Shown: positions 13,401-26,633 of the stretch, piece after piece
Layout of the letters: every line of letters starts with the position of its first letter
Numbering within the stretch: the stretch's first letter is position 1
Assembly (NCBI RefSeq): GCF_964204865.1
Contig: NC_135263.1
Location: forward strand, 2,852,001 to 2,916,000
Length of the DNA stretch: 64,000 bases
Direction: 5' to 3'
From: Styela clava
Taxonomy: Eukaryota
Program-made: the position numbers and the translations under genes
The notes under the pieces: model-generated
The model's database searches: none
Seen by the model: only the letters and a program-made list of their open reading frames with translations
Told to the model about the DNA's origin: nothing

Positions 13401-16400
13401 GGGCTAAAACAAATATTTTATCGACCTGGATAATATTTCTATCGAATACCGAATATTCTTAATATATAATGGACCTTTCCCCGACCTTTGACACCCGGCT
13501 AATTCTTCCTATAATTTACCATTGCAACATTTTCGGGGCTATTTTAAGAGTGCTTCTGCGAGTTGGCGCCTGTAAAATGGGGTATGTGTTACAAACCATC
13601 ATTATGATTCATCGCATACAACAATATTTTTTTTAAAAGTACCGGTAAAGAATTTCAGGCTAGTCTAGGAAGACAGAGTGATCATTGAATTATCTGATTT
13701 ATATTCAAGTTTCCGAAACACAACTGAAAACTAACGAATAGAGTTCAAAAACGCGAAAACGAGGTAATGTTTACAACCACACTTGAAAATCTGTCTGAGT
13801 GAGAAAAGTGTCTGAGCAGATGCGAAAAGGGGGCATTGTTACGTCACTTTTTGCATCTTGCTGATTGGCCAATGTCACGAAGTAAACAAGGAAAACGATG
13901 CTCGGGGAAAGGTCCAGAACGTTAGCCATCATAATGGGTACTTCTGTAGTATGCGAACCAAGATGGCGGACACCGGAATGTAGTATGTGTACCAGGTTAG
14001 GCCATAATTGTATTCCCGTAGAATGCATCGGCTTTGATCTTCCCTATCACCGTTTGTGAATTAACCGTCCGAATTTTAAGCGAACGATCTCATCTTCACT
14101 GACACCAAAATACGGATATTTATGCAATCGATAGTCAACTTATAGTTTACTTTTCTGCAGTGTCTTTTTTTTTTATTTCTCTTTTGAAAAATAGCCAAAA
14201 TTGCGTAAAATATTTTTTTATCTTATTTGACATTTTTAAATCCTTAAATTTAACTCCTTAAATTTGTCGTTTCTGTATGTTAGCAGGCTCGCCCCTGCTA
14301 ACGAGTACATGCTTATCCTATTTTACACTATACTACATACTAGCAGAATTTTTCATCGGTAACATTGATTAGGTACTTTGAATTATGAGCAACGTAGCAG
14401 AATTGGTAAAAGGTAGAAAAATGGAAATAAATGTATTTTATTTTTCAGACTTACCCGAAAAACGATTTAGGTGGTTTTCAGCTGTTTGTGGTATTGCTTC
14501 TTGAGACGGCGTTAGTTGAGTTCCCGAAGAAGTGTTTGGTGGATGTTCAAAGCAACGGGGATGAGGAGGGTCTGAGGTAAAACGTATTATTGAACGTTTC
14601 TATTTTATTAGATTAAAAACTTGCTCTTGTAGTCGGAATCAAAGCGGTAAACTGCTATATTTTATATCGTAATGGAATGTTCAATCAATCCTAGATCTCG
14701 AAGCTGCAAAACAGCCCCAAACATCAAACAAATCTTGTCGACATTTACTTATTGTTTGAAAAATAACATTGACCCCCACGATCTTCGCGTGCAACATATC
14801 TTAAAAGATCGAAAAAGAATTGTAATATGGGTTAGATTGGTAAATAGGTAATTTTATGACTGCAATAATTTAAGTGGGGCCCTGGACGCAATGGTTTTGT
14901 GAGACCCAACGCTGCGGCCTAAGTATGTTTGTTCATTTTCTCGTCCCGAGTCCCAGTCACACAAAGGCCATCCCAATATTAGATTTTGGAGGATTAATAT
15001 GGTACCAAACGCATGCTTGTAAAGAGCCTTGTTTAAAAACACAAACAATTTTCAATATACTCAGAACGATTCTATTTCATCCATATCACATGGCGGCCTA
15101 TAACATAACCTACGCATCAGACCAAACTGTGTCCCAATAAACTGGGCAGGCAATGTAGAGCCAGAAAGATTCCGCTCCTACCGAACTGTAGTAGCTCATT
15201 ACTTACCAGTGGATACTGGTATGTTCAGACCAACGTTCATAGGGGAAGGTGTAAAGAATTAATGCAAGTTTATTATATTTCGAAATTTTAGGTCAGGAAA
15301 GAATAGCCCCTGGATATAATGGTAGATATGTAGTAAATTTAAATCTAATATGAGTTGAAATTACTACTCACTGTTTTCTGCAACTCCATCAATTTCTTTG
15401 TCTGCCTTGTTCTCCAGAGGGTTAGCGCCGACTATAAAATATAATATATCATATGTTTTCATTTTGCAATTAAAGGTTTGTATGATAAATGATGATATAT
15501 AAACAAATAATGCGATTTTATTCAAAAATGTATTTTTCCTGCTTTGTTTGGAATAGAATATGGAGTTTCAATTGAAAAAAATGCAATGTGAAAAAAATTG
15601 TAACTATTTTTACCCGATGCCATTATAATTCTATTTTTATAATATTAGATGATCAACATTTTCATATGTAAATATTTTCTCCAAAGAGATATTTTTGGGT
15701 TTTTGTTTCAATAAAATAATGCATTCCAAGTGAATAAAAAATGGAGTGTGAAAAAATGCTATAACCTTATTTGAATTATTTATTTGAATATTCACTGATA
15801 ATACAGACTATGTCTAATAAGCATATTTTACCCACCTCCAATCCGTGTTTCGAACATATCGGTAATTTCATCAACTTCAAGATTAGTTTTCTGACGCTTT
15901 TCAGCAGTTGCAGTCTGAAAATATAGTAAATCTGTTCTAAGTTGATAGATTTGCGTATATGAGAGTTTTTTGTCATAAAAACGTAATAACATTTTTCTTC
16001 ATTAAGTTAAGAGAACTATTTGGGCAAATAACTCACACTTTCAGTTTCAGCACGCCGATTTCGGCTCCTTTTGCTTCCAGGTTTCACTAGTTGCCAGGCC
16101 ATACCTACATTCAACTTAACGACTTCTTGGGTAAAACTGGTTTTTGTCCTTGTATCGCTATTGAAAAGGTGTTCGATTGTATTTTTGAACATGAGCTGGA
16201 AAAAACATTGGTTTGTCAGCCAATCGCATGTGGATGAACTTTTAAACTATTTGGTTGTGAATTAATCAGAGGAATAAAACACAAAAATAATTAAATTTGA
16301 TTCAAACTTACAAAATGAAAGCTAACTAATTTTGCCACTGTTTACTGAATTTCAAAGCGGTCAATAATTGGAAGAATATAACAGTCTGGTTTCGTCTCTC

Positions 16401-18663
16401 GTGGTGTATTTGATTTCATAACAGAAATGATTGTTTGCTTAGTCAGAAAATTTCTAACAACTAAAATATACCTTTATTTGCCATGCAAAATTATAGTACA
16501 GCCAACATAGACTAAAGCGAGCATTCGTTCGAACCAGGCAGAGGTTTCAGTTTTGCAATTATATAAAGTCTTTTTTTTCCATTTCGAACTATCCATATTG
16601 TTTTAATATCTAACAGTCAGAATAAAGCAAAGCGATCTCATCGGTGCGAGGATATACCTCTAGCTACTTCAGTTACTTACCTCAAAGTGACTGCATTTTG
16701 TCACGTCGATGTCTCCAACGAACGAGAACCATTCAATTTGCAAATTTCTCTTATACTGAAACATAAAACATATAGGTAATATTTCATTTTAAATGGCGGT
16801 TTGTGAGCAACGTATAGAATAGACAACAGGCACTATTCACTAGACATTTAAAACCCAACTGCTGGATTGAAGACCGGCGTTTAACATTGTACGCATTTAT
16901 TAGTTTCAGCAAATTGCTCGACAATGTAAATAATAAAATAGAAAACACTTTGGTATTGTTATCTTACAAATATCCAATATCTACGAGAAAAATTCTGTTG
17001 TTCTAATCACATCGTTTTGACGAGTGCGCGGCAAAAAGCGTTTAAATCATGAGCTATCGTTGGTATATATTTCAAAATAACCGTAAGTCAGGTTAAAGTA
17101 CAATCGTGTGACATTTTAGGCGTTGATTATCTTACTATGGATTATCACTGAATTTAGTTCACAAGCTACACCAGAAACATTCATAGATCACATACTACAC
17201 CAGTACATAAAATTGTTTCCACCTTGCTAGTGACTAATTGTAACAAATCGCAAAATATAGGATACGTTTTGCTTACCCATTTATTTCCTTTTTCTGCTGC
17301 TTTTTTCAGAGTTTTATAATTTTCTTCAGTGAGTGATGCTTCTTCCGTTCTTTTGCAGTTCGACATATTAAAGTGCTTCTCTATTTTTCTTTTCCTCAAA
17401 ATTTCTGCAATGTATTCTAGCAAATGTTCATTCAAAACCGCGCCACTTAAGTTTAGTGTTTGCAATTCCAACTAAAAAATGAAATTGTAAAGATCAGCAT
17501 TTGGAGTTTCAGTTGACGGTTTTGAAGAAAATTGGGAAACAACGCTTCTTGGAATGACAAAATTAGAAATTAAATTTGATTCTCGGTTTGTTTGCTAATT
17601 TGCCAAAATGTTATCTTGGGTGATCTTGCTTAACAATAAAAGCAGATCTACAACTAATAGAAATATATCATATTAAAAATAGCCTTGTTTGGGTGTCTTT
17701 TGAGTGATAAAATTTTTTCGATCCCTCAAGTACTCTCGCTTATTAAAGAATCCTAGTGCTATTTTCACGACAGCTGTGGCGCAGACTGCTTCAATCCACG
17801 TGTCATAGACATAGTGTCCGTAAAACAGGTGATTTTTGGGGCATCAGTGGTATCTTGCGAAAATAGTATTAAATATTATTGGTAGGCCAAAGAAGCAAAC
17901 AGATTGTAACTACTACTTGAGCGAACTATTTGAAAAATTTATTATTTCTTAAAATTGTATTAGTTTAATCGACTTACGTCTTCAGTTTTATTAATTACTT
18001 CTAACAACCTTTCGGCGTTCACGGCATCCATGTCGTCGGGGAATACAAGCGAACGCACGATACCGCTATACATGAGTTCAATCAGGACTAAAATACATTC
18101 ATCGTCGTACTTGTTCCAGTGCAAATTTAGATGAATTTTCTGAACCAAAATTCATTGCGTATTCACTCAAGAAGAAACTAAGACTTGATACATTGAGTTT
18201 TGAAAAACATTCAGTTATATATTATTAGCACGGTTTTACAGCTTATGACAGCGTGGCCCAATACAAAATTCAATTATGTTTCCATATTGCCATTAAATTC
18301 TTGCGGGAGATGAGATTTACTCGAAATGAACTAAACCGCGGATTGCATTTATTTATTTGAAAATATGATGTAAAAAACATCAGAATATTATCAGAAATAT
18401 AAAAAAAACATTACCTTAGAAACTTTATTTCTTCTTAGTACTTCAAGTACTTCACTCGTGTCCTTGGCCATCGAAAAGCACCCAATTAAAATTATTTGCT
18501 CTAATTTTGATTCACTAATAACCGATTTTAATTTTTCCAACCCATTTGGTGGCGGGGCATGCTGGAGATGAATGATACGGCCGCATTGTGAAGGAATGAA
18601 AATTGTCATCAACTCTTCCCAGCTGAATACGTTTTGAACTTTTGAGCGTTTCAAAAACGGCAT
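10497..18663 (-). CDS. Gene A: 12-exon ~435-aa protein with N-terminal RI-like leucine-rich repeats, low-complexity linker and C-terminal RHIM-like motifs
   Basis: Exons 18663-18415, 18139-17978, 17471-17277, 16755-16681, 16195-16037, 15914-15836, 15431-15372, 14571-14455, 12526-12464, 11912-11847, 11196-11151, 10533-10497. All introns are GT-AG and phase-compatible, giving 1308 nt with no internal stop. There is an in-frame stop upstream of the ATG and AATAAA ~100 nt after the stop. LRR-like strings: IHLNLHWNKYDDECILVLIELM and LQTLNLSGAVLNEHLLEYIAEIL. Confidence 0.8.
12780..13330 (-). pseudogene. Degraded LINE apurinic-endonuclease fragment in an intron of gene A
   Basis: Remnant motifs DIVVGGDV (GDFN box), VT*TAATALVVHL (TRVT..ATLIDH) and DVRFSDSAAVY (SDH box), with stops. 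Confidence 0.45.
13470..13916. mobile_element. ~450-bp MITE with 15-bp TIR TGGACCTTTCCCCGA
   Basis: Perfect TIR at 13470-13484 / 13902-13916. Second diverged copy at 44332-44808. Confidence 0.8.
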
Positions 18664-21450
18664 TTTTTTCTAAATAACTAAATAACACTTTTATATGATG
18701 TTTTCAAAATCTGCAATAAAAAGGAAAAAAAGTAATCAATTGAAATAAATCAATAAAATAATGAACTAAAACATCAAACGTTTCGTACACGTTGTAATAC
18801 ATCTCTATGATATGTACGTTAAGAAAGTGTATAATTTAAAACTCAGGTCAGGTATAGAATTGTTCCCAACTGCGCCTTTCATTGAGCATTAATTATATTG
18901 GGGGTGCTGATGGATTTGAAAATTTCTGGACTTTACTTTGTCATTTGTCTTTCTAAATCAAAACCTAAATTTCAAATTCTCAATACTGAACTATAATTGG
19001 CCCACCAGAAGTATTCGTACCAATGCGGGGATCAGTAAGGCAAAGTATCCTATGGGAAAATTCCCCGGTAAAAATACTATGGGAGCACCCGTAAAATTTG
19101 ACACATCTTCACTGCATGAACATGACTAGCATAATAAGTGTTTAGTTACAACTAATGCTCTCTGTATTTTACAATTTACATCATTCAATATATATTCATG
19201 CTCTTGCATGAATATATATCTCGATATAAATCTAGGGTCCCAATACCCCATATACATAAGACCTGATTTGACACCGAAGCATTACCAATGCTACACCTAG
19301 GGCAATATTCGGGGAAGTACCGGGTTGTAACTCGAAGGACAGTTTCGGTAGTCAAAAAAAAATCAAAAGACTATTAGGTAATCACGTTTACAGCATACTG
19401 CCCAAAACATGATTTGAAATGTATGTGTATCGTATGTGGATATGGAATAACATTGGTCTTTTCACTCCATAATTGCAATTTTAATCCCCGCATAGGCAAT
19501 TCACATCGATTCACATTTTGAGATATATATTTCATACAAATATATTGCTCCAAATTTTATCATAAATCATTCCAAAACGGGAATAAATTGTTCGTCAAAA
19601 ATTGTTAATTAATGATCACAAAAATAATATTAAAATACTCGAATAAAGCCCGCCAAATATTCCAACTTTTCAGTGACCCAGTACACATGAAGCTATTTTA
19701 TAAAGAAACAAGCAAATGATAATTAGCGGATGTTCTGGACTTTGGACAAAATCGTTGAGGTTACTGTGGTTTTATCCGTGAGTAACCCGAAATTTGACAA
19801 ACGTGGCGTGATATTGTGTTTAATCTAGAACAAACAAAAACTGCGACACTATTATAAAAATGATTATCTTACTAACATCTCATTGTATTAATGAAATTCA
19901 TACCAGCAGAATAAATGATTGCATAAGACACACAACTCTTTATGCGTATGAAAAGTTCCTTTGTTTGAAATTATGGTGTGAATCACAATATGACAAATAT
20001 ATAAAAATTGTATGTATCCTCGTTATTGAAAACCCAAAACAACTTAAGTAAAAGGATTTCTATTTAAATTTCCATGACGGTTTCACACATATATCAATTG
20101 GTTGTAATTCTTTAAATAATCTTATCAGATACTTTCTGTCTTAACATTTAGCTATGGCGCAAACCAATATAAATATTTCCATTCACGGGAAACGAGCAAT
20201 TGGTGTTGCATAGGCATGGCGACGATGTGCCGGGTAAAAAGTTTGCAAAATATGAGCAGTATTTGGATCACTTATGAGTTTTACCGACTGCGGCAAGGTT
20301 TTCTCGAAAATTTTTGCGGCCCTTTAATCTTTCAATCTTGGACCACCCTTGCATAGAATATATATATATATATAGTACGCCTGAAATTTAAATATTTACT
20401 AAATTACTACACAATTTTTTATCAAAAGTCCAAACATTCCACACAAAATATAACAAAAAGTTTGCCGTATCACAAAGTTTCTCTAGCACGCTGTTAATTA
20501 AAACGCAATGACTTCTCAACTTCTGTTAAATCTTTTGGCTTCTATCTTCACAACTAAAAGCATGAAAATACCTATTCAGCTTCAATAAAAACATTTAAAA
20601 TTACTGAACCGAAATTTAGAATTTTTACCTGATATAGACAAACAATGATACCAAATCCCAATGTCGAAAAATTATTATCTGTGATGTATAAACGCCTTCA
20701 CCCCAAACAAATAACATAACAAGCAGCCATACTATTTACGGGAGACCAAATCGTACAGCTAAATGAAACATTATTTTTGGTCACCGCTAAACATTTTTGA
20801 ATATATCTGTTATTCGATCGCATCATTTCCGTTGTATTCATTATTGACCAACACTTCTTCTTGTTTTCAATATTTTTTTAAAGTAATCCCAGTTGTTGTC
20901 AATATATTTGCTAAAGTCAATCGACTCCTAGCTGCTCTCGTATTTGTGTGAATAAATCTTTACTAGTGCACCACGTGCTATTATCTATGATTTATGCTTG
21001 AATGTATTCCCCCCAAATCCGACACCAACTATTTACAAAACACTATAATGCTTGTTACTACAGTATTATATGGAACTAAACATACTCATTTGAAGCAGAG
21101 GATTTAAAGCTAAGCAAACATTTGCATTGTAGCATAGAGCCGATTGATTTTATTACGTAGGCGTCGCCTCACTTCTCAATACTGTGTCTAGTATTGCGAA
21201 AATGAATGAAAAAACATGTGACATGTTATATCATACGTCATTTGGTCACTACGCGGTTATCTCTTTTATGTCTTTTATCAATTACCACAACTGTCAGCTT
21301 ATTCACTCTGTTATAATATGTTTGTAAAAAGATTGTATTAGTATATACTGCTAGATCAATTTGTAGTTTATTATTGTAGTGCGTGTCATTTTTTTTACTT
21401 ATCACAGTGCACATTTTCACCAGCATATGATATACATCGGTGAATTGGCT

Positions 21451-21679
21451 GTACCCCCGTAGTATCAAGATGGGGGCCACCGGAACGTAGAATGTGTACC
21501 AGGTTAGAGGTAGGCCATAATTTTATTCTAATTTTTCTTATTTTGATTCTATTACGAGTTTGAGGACTAGCCGAGTGACTCCCGTAGTATTTGTACCTGA
21601 AATTATGGCCTAACCCTAACCTGGTACACATACTACGCTCCGGTGTCCGCCATCTTGGTTCACATACTGCGGAAGTACC
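21451..21679. mobile_element. Foldback MITE (~230 bp, long TIRs containing GGTTAGGGTTAGG and CAAGATGGCGG)
   Basis: Arms gtac(c/t)cccgtagtatgtgaaccaagatggcggacaccggaacgtagtatgtgtaccaggttaggg and their reverse complement. At least 9 full or partial copies in the window. Confidence 0.85.
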
Positions 21680-24146
21680 GAATTGGCAGCTGTAAAGTTC
21701 AAGCCAGTACTCAAATCAATCTATCCTTCCAACGAAAACTTTAGGTTTAAGTTTGTTATGTTAATATATATAAATGGACTTGCGGATATAAGGACATTAT
21801 GATACAGGTGTGGAAGGTCAAACATTATCATATCTGCATAAAATAATATACATTTTACTGCATTTCTTGGCGAGCGAGATGTCGATTTGATGTCTTAATA
21901 CTTCTCTTTCAATTCTGACTACCCAAACTGTCCTTCGATTTAAAACCCGGTATGATCAGTTCGCAAATATGGCTAGCACGAGTGGCAAATATATCTTCAA
22001 AATATTCTTATATCTGACCACCATAAAGTGTTAAAAACGAAATGAAAACTTGCCTTTCCATTATGTTCAACAGTTCCCAACGCAACTAAATTTAATGATT
22101 GTAGAATAACTTGTGTTTAATATCCTCGGCCATGTTGGTAATATAATTGATATCAATATTTTTGCAATAAAAACTAAAATATACTGCAACACATGACTAT
22201 GTATGATCTAAGGTTCAGTTATCAATTACTCATCTTTTCATTCTACAAGAATAAATATGTATACTAAACTGTGGCATATATTTTCTACATAAAAAAGCAT
22301 AAACGCTTAAAAATGGTAAGGTACAACTGATGATCCTTTTATTTTACATCATTAAATATACATTCAGGCTCTTGCATGAACCTAAATTTCAATAAATATC
22401 TAGAGTCCACAAATCTATCTGAACGTGAGACCTGATTGGAAGCCGAGGTAGTATTTGACAATGTTGCACCAAGGACGATATTCGGTAAAGTACCGGGTTG
22501 TAATTCGAAGGTAAGTTTTGATAGTCAGAATTACGACATACTGCCCAAGAAATGAAGTGTATTGTGTTTATTGTATGTGGATATGAAATCATGTTAGGCT
22601 TTCTACGCCAGTGTTACGATTTTATCACCGTATCTCGATTCACATTTTTGGGATTACTTTACAAAAATATAATGCTAGAAATTAGGTATTTCAGTTACGC
22701 AAGTCCATTTTGCAGTCTCAGTTTTTAGAACAGTTTAAGATCTTATCAAAAATGGAAAAAATGTGCGGCAAAGCATTGTTGACAATCAATATAATAATGC
22801 ATCAATATATTCAAAATACTGGAATAAAGTTCATCAATTATTCCACTTTTTCAGTGACTACACACACATAAAGCTGTTTTACAGCGGAAAAAGCTAAAAC
22901 GGGGTCTGCCACAACTCAATTATTGAAAAATCTTAGCAGATATTTTCAGATTTAACAATTGCCGATTGCACTAACACATATAGATATTTATATTTACATG
23001 AAATGAAAAATTTTATGGCATTTGCATTTTTAGCGATAATAACAACGACGATTTCTGTCCAATGCAATGCAGATTATTTCCAATAGATTAGCGTAGTTCT
23101 CGCATAACCTTCTTTTCTCAGGGCTCAGATAGATTTCACTCTAGGTATTTTCAAGAAACAAAACATCACATTGTTTTGTGACCAATGCATCGTGTGAAAA
23201 GCCGCACCAAATGCGTTCGCAAAAAATGATCAGATATTGAGTGCGTTTTATATTTATTTTATCAGTTATTCAGTCATCTCATTACAGGATAAACTACGCT
23301 TATAACTTTAAGGTTTACGAAATTACTCACAATATTTTATCAAGTGTGCAAACATTCAACACAGGAGGACTTTTCTGTATTACACTACATCTTTAATATA
23401 TATAGTAAAAAATGATTGGTAAAACGTAATGCTTTTCAAACTTCTGTGAGAAATTTTGACTTCAATTATTACAATAATACTCCAGCTTTTAAAAAAAATG
23501 CTAAACTGCAAAACCCTGATTTAAGATGTAGAATGTTTACTTTGTGTATCTTTGTGTTGCAAGTTACCTTTCAAAAGAAGAGACTAAGATACTACCCACT
23601 TTACTCTATTTTGGAAGCTGGATTTCTGCTTTACACAGATTATTTAGGATTTTTACGTGGGGAACAATTGTACAAAAAAAGCGCTATATGGGAGTATTTA
23701 ATATATAATGTTAACTACATTCATTATTAGAGCTTCGTTCAAAGCTCCAACGTACTAATTATATAAAGTAAGAACGTAATAATTGCGTGCCGAATCGCGG
23801 AAGAATTTACGTCGTCTACTGTCGGATCTAAAAGGCTTTAACTGTCGCCACCACTCAATTACCACAAATCTTGGACAAATACACTTTGATGGGTATGATA
23901 TTTGATGGAATATTTCTCTGGCTTCGATGAAATCATGCAAACCCCTACTCCGAAACACTGGATCAAGCTTTGGAATTGTTACTCAATATAGCCATGAGCA
24001 ACGATACCGAATGCCGATTATGACTTATTTTTATATGTGATGTCTTACACGATGTCATCTCAAACAAGTCGCTAAACAAACAGCCACTGGTGAATAATGG
24101 AATGCTAATGGAATACCATCATATCCTCTGTATCTATTAAAAACTG

Positions 24147-24381
24147 GGTACTCACGAGGTATGTGAACCAAGATAGCGACACCGGAACGTAGTATGTGTA
24201 CCAGGTTAGGGTTGGGCCATAATTTCAGGTACAAATACTACGGGAGTCACTTGGCTAGTCCCCGAACTCGTAATAGAACTAAAATGAGAAAAATTGGAAT
24301 AAAATTATGGCCTAATCTAGTACGCATATTACGTTCTCGTTCTGCTGCCCGCCATCTTGGTTCACATACTTCGGGAGTACC
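24147..24381. mobile_element. Foldback MITE, same family
   Basis: As 21451-21679, in opposite orientation. Confidence 0.85.
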
Positions 24382-26398
24382 GAAACTGAAAGTTCTTCTC
24401 GTAATGATCTCAACTTGCTTCTTATTATTTTGCTAAAGTCAGCTAACATATAGGTGCTCTAGTCTCTGCATGGAAATGCAATTTGCTAGCATAATGGTAC
24501 TCCCGTAGTGTGTGTACCAGGTTAGGGTTAAACTATAATTTTATTCCTATTTTACCTATTTTAGTTCTATTTCGGAGGCAGTCTGTTTAGCCAAGTGAAT
24601 AAACCCCTGCCCATAGGTTTCAGTCCCTTTACACAACTTGATGTAATGTAAGCGAACAAAATTAATTACTTCCATATTGGCACACACACTTCTGGAGTGC
24701 CAGCATGTTACCCATACCTGAGCTCTATAAAACAATTTCTATCCCCCAAAATCCTTCATATTCAACTGCTTACAAGAATTTGAAGAAGAGGAAGTAGAAC
24801 TGAACAAACATTTTACCTTATAGCATTGAGCCAATCAAAATCAATTTAAGCATTGACGTAGGTGATGCTGATTCAGCGAGTCTGGCAGTTGTATGCGAAA
24901 GCTCATGTATGATAATCTGTTAGCGAACAGGCTATCGTGCATGGTTGATATATTTTTCTAATAACTTTCCTGCTTTTCGCTATGTTTTGGTTGAACAAAT
25001 CCTTACATGCCAATCAGTTTACGCAATTAACCCAGTCTTGCCCCTCTTCATGAACACTTTCTGTACGGTCATTTAAATTTATACCCATCAACCACTTGGC
25101 CCCAAAACTTTAGTCGTGGCCTCCTCGAAGCGTATGCTAGAATTCTATTAGCCGAAATGACGCTAAAGAGCACTTATCCAATGATTTTAAATATGCAATG
25201 ATTCTTACTACTAACGCTTAACCTTGTTTTTGTGTCTAGTAAAGCGTCAAGCACTAACTATAACTGATTATTTTTAACTTGAGCGTTTTCAATTTTTTTG
25301 AACTAAACAATACCACAACAATAGAGTAAAATGGTTACCGAGAAATTCCCAATAGCATTGCAGAATTTACAAACTTAACAATTCAGTTGGCAATTTTGAT
25401 GTCGTCACGCTCTAATTATTACTGCACAAAAGCTTTGTAATGCCAGAAAAGCAATCACTTTCTATGATAGTAGGCGCGACAATGCAATGTGCGTCGTTAC
25501 AGCTAAGTTCTATTCCCACAATTTTACCGCCCAACTCACCATGCATGCACGCCAAGCATGGCCGAGTGAAACTCACAAATCCTAAAACATTACGGGGCCA
25601 AAGATGAATAAATATATGCTTAGCTAATACAAAGTTATTAGAAGGGAGTTATTGGCTGCCATTCCTTATATGGATTATAAGTGATTATACAAGTTTTTCA
25701 ATATTATGACTCACAACCTTCAAGTCTGATGCTGTTCTTACAACTGCCATATTCGAACGACTTAAAACTGACTTGCTCGCTTATTACAATTTCTTTATAA
25801 CGTCATTTAAACTCCTAATATACGATAACAATATTTGTGTTCGATGGCCTTGTCTCATATGTTCGCGTCAAAAACTTGTTAATGTGGATCTCAACATTGA
25901 TTCAAAATGCACTTTAGCGTCATGTAAACGTATTATACGTGGTGAATCACGATTAAGCGTAAAACTTAATAATAGAGAATATAAAGCATGCAATTCACAA
26001 TTTCTCCTGTAACAATTTATCTGTTTTTAAAAGGATAATTATCTGGTTTTTCTGTCATAGCTTTCCGCACTGACAATTCCAATTTCCTCATACCTTCCAT
26101 ATTTTATCCATATTCCATATTTTATCAATACTGTGTCTAGTATTGCGAAAATGAATGAAAAACATGTGAGATGTTATATCATACGTCATTTGGTCACTAC
26201 GCGGTTATCTCTCTTATGTCTTTTCTCAATTACCACAACTGTCAGCTTATTCACTCTGTTATAATATGTTTGTAAAAAGATTGTATTAGTATATACTGCT
26301 AGATCAATTTGTAGTTTATTATTGTAGTGTGTGTCATTTTTTTTATTTATCCCAGTACACATTTTCACCAGCATATGATATACATCGATGCATTGGCT

Positions 26399-26633
26399 GT
26401 ACCCCCGTAGTATGTGAACCAAGATGGGAGCCACCGGAACGTAGTATGTGTACCAGGTTGAAGGTAGGCCATAATTTTATCCTAATTTTTCTTATTTTGA
26501 TTCTATTACGAGTTTGAGGACTAGCCGAGTGACTCCCGTAGTATTTGTACCTGAAATTATGGCCTAACCCTAACCTGGTACACATACTACGCTCCGGTGT
26601 CCGCCATCTTGGTTCACGTACTGCGGAAGTACC
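26399..26633. mobile_element. Foldback MITE, same family (duplicated copy of 21451)
   Basis: Long TIRs as above. Confidence 0.85.

Larger units (their letters stand above)
21176..26124. repeat. Recent tandem duplication, unit 1 (~4.95 kb)
   Basis: Near-identical to 26125-32845 (paired ORFs in the track, e.g. 22389/27322, 24194/30969, 25773/32508). Lacks the ~1.85-kb segment 28827-30682. Confidence 0.95.

Noticed and set aside
21600-21630. Interstitial telomere
   Set aside because: Only about two TTAGGG units, and they are part of the MITE arm.
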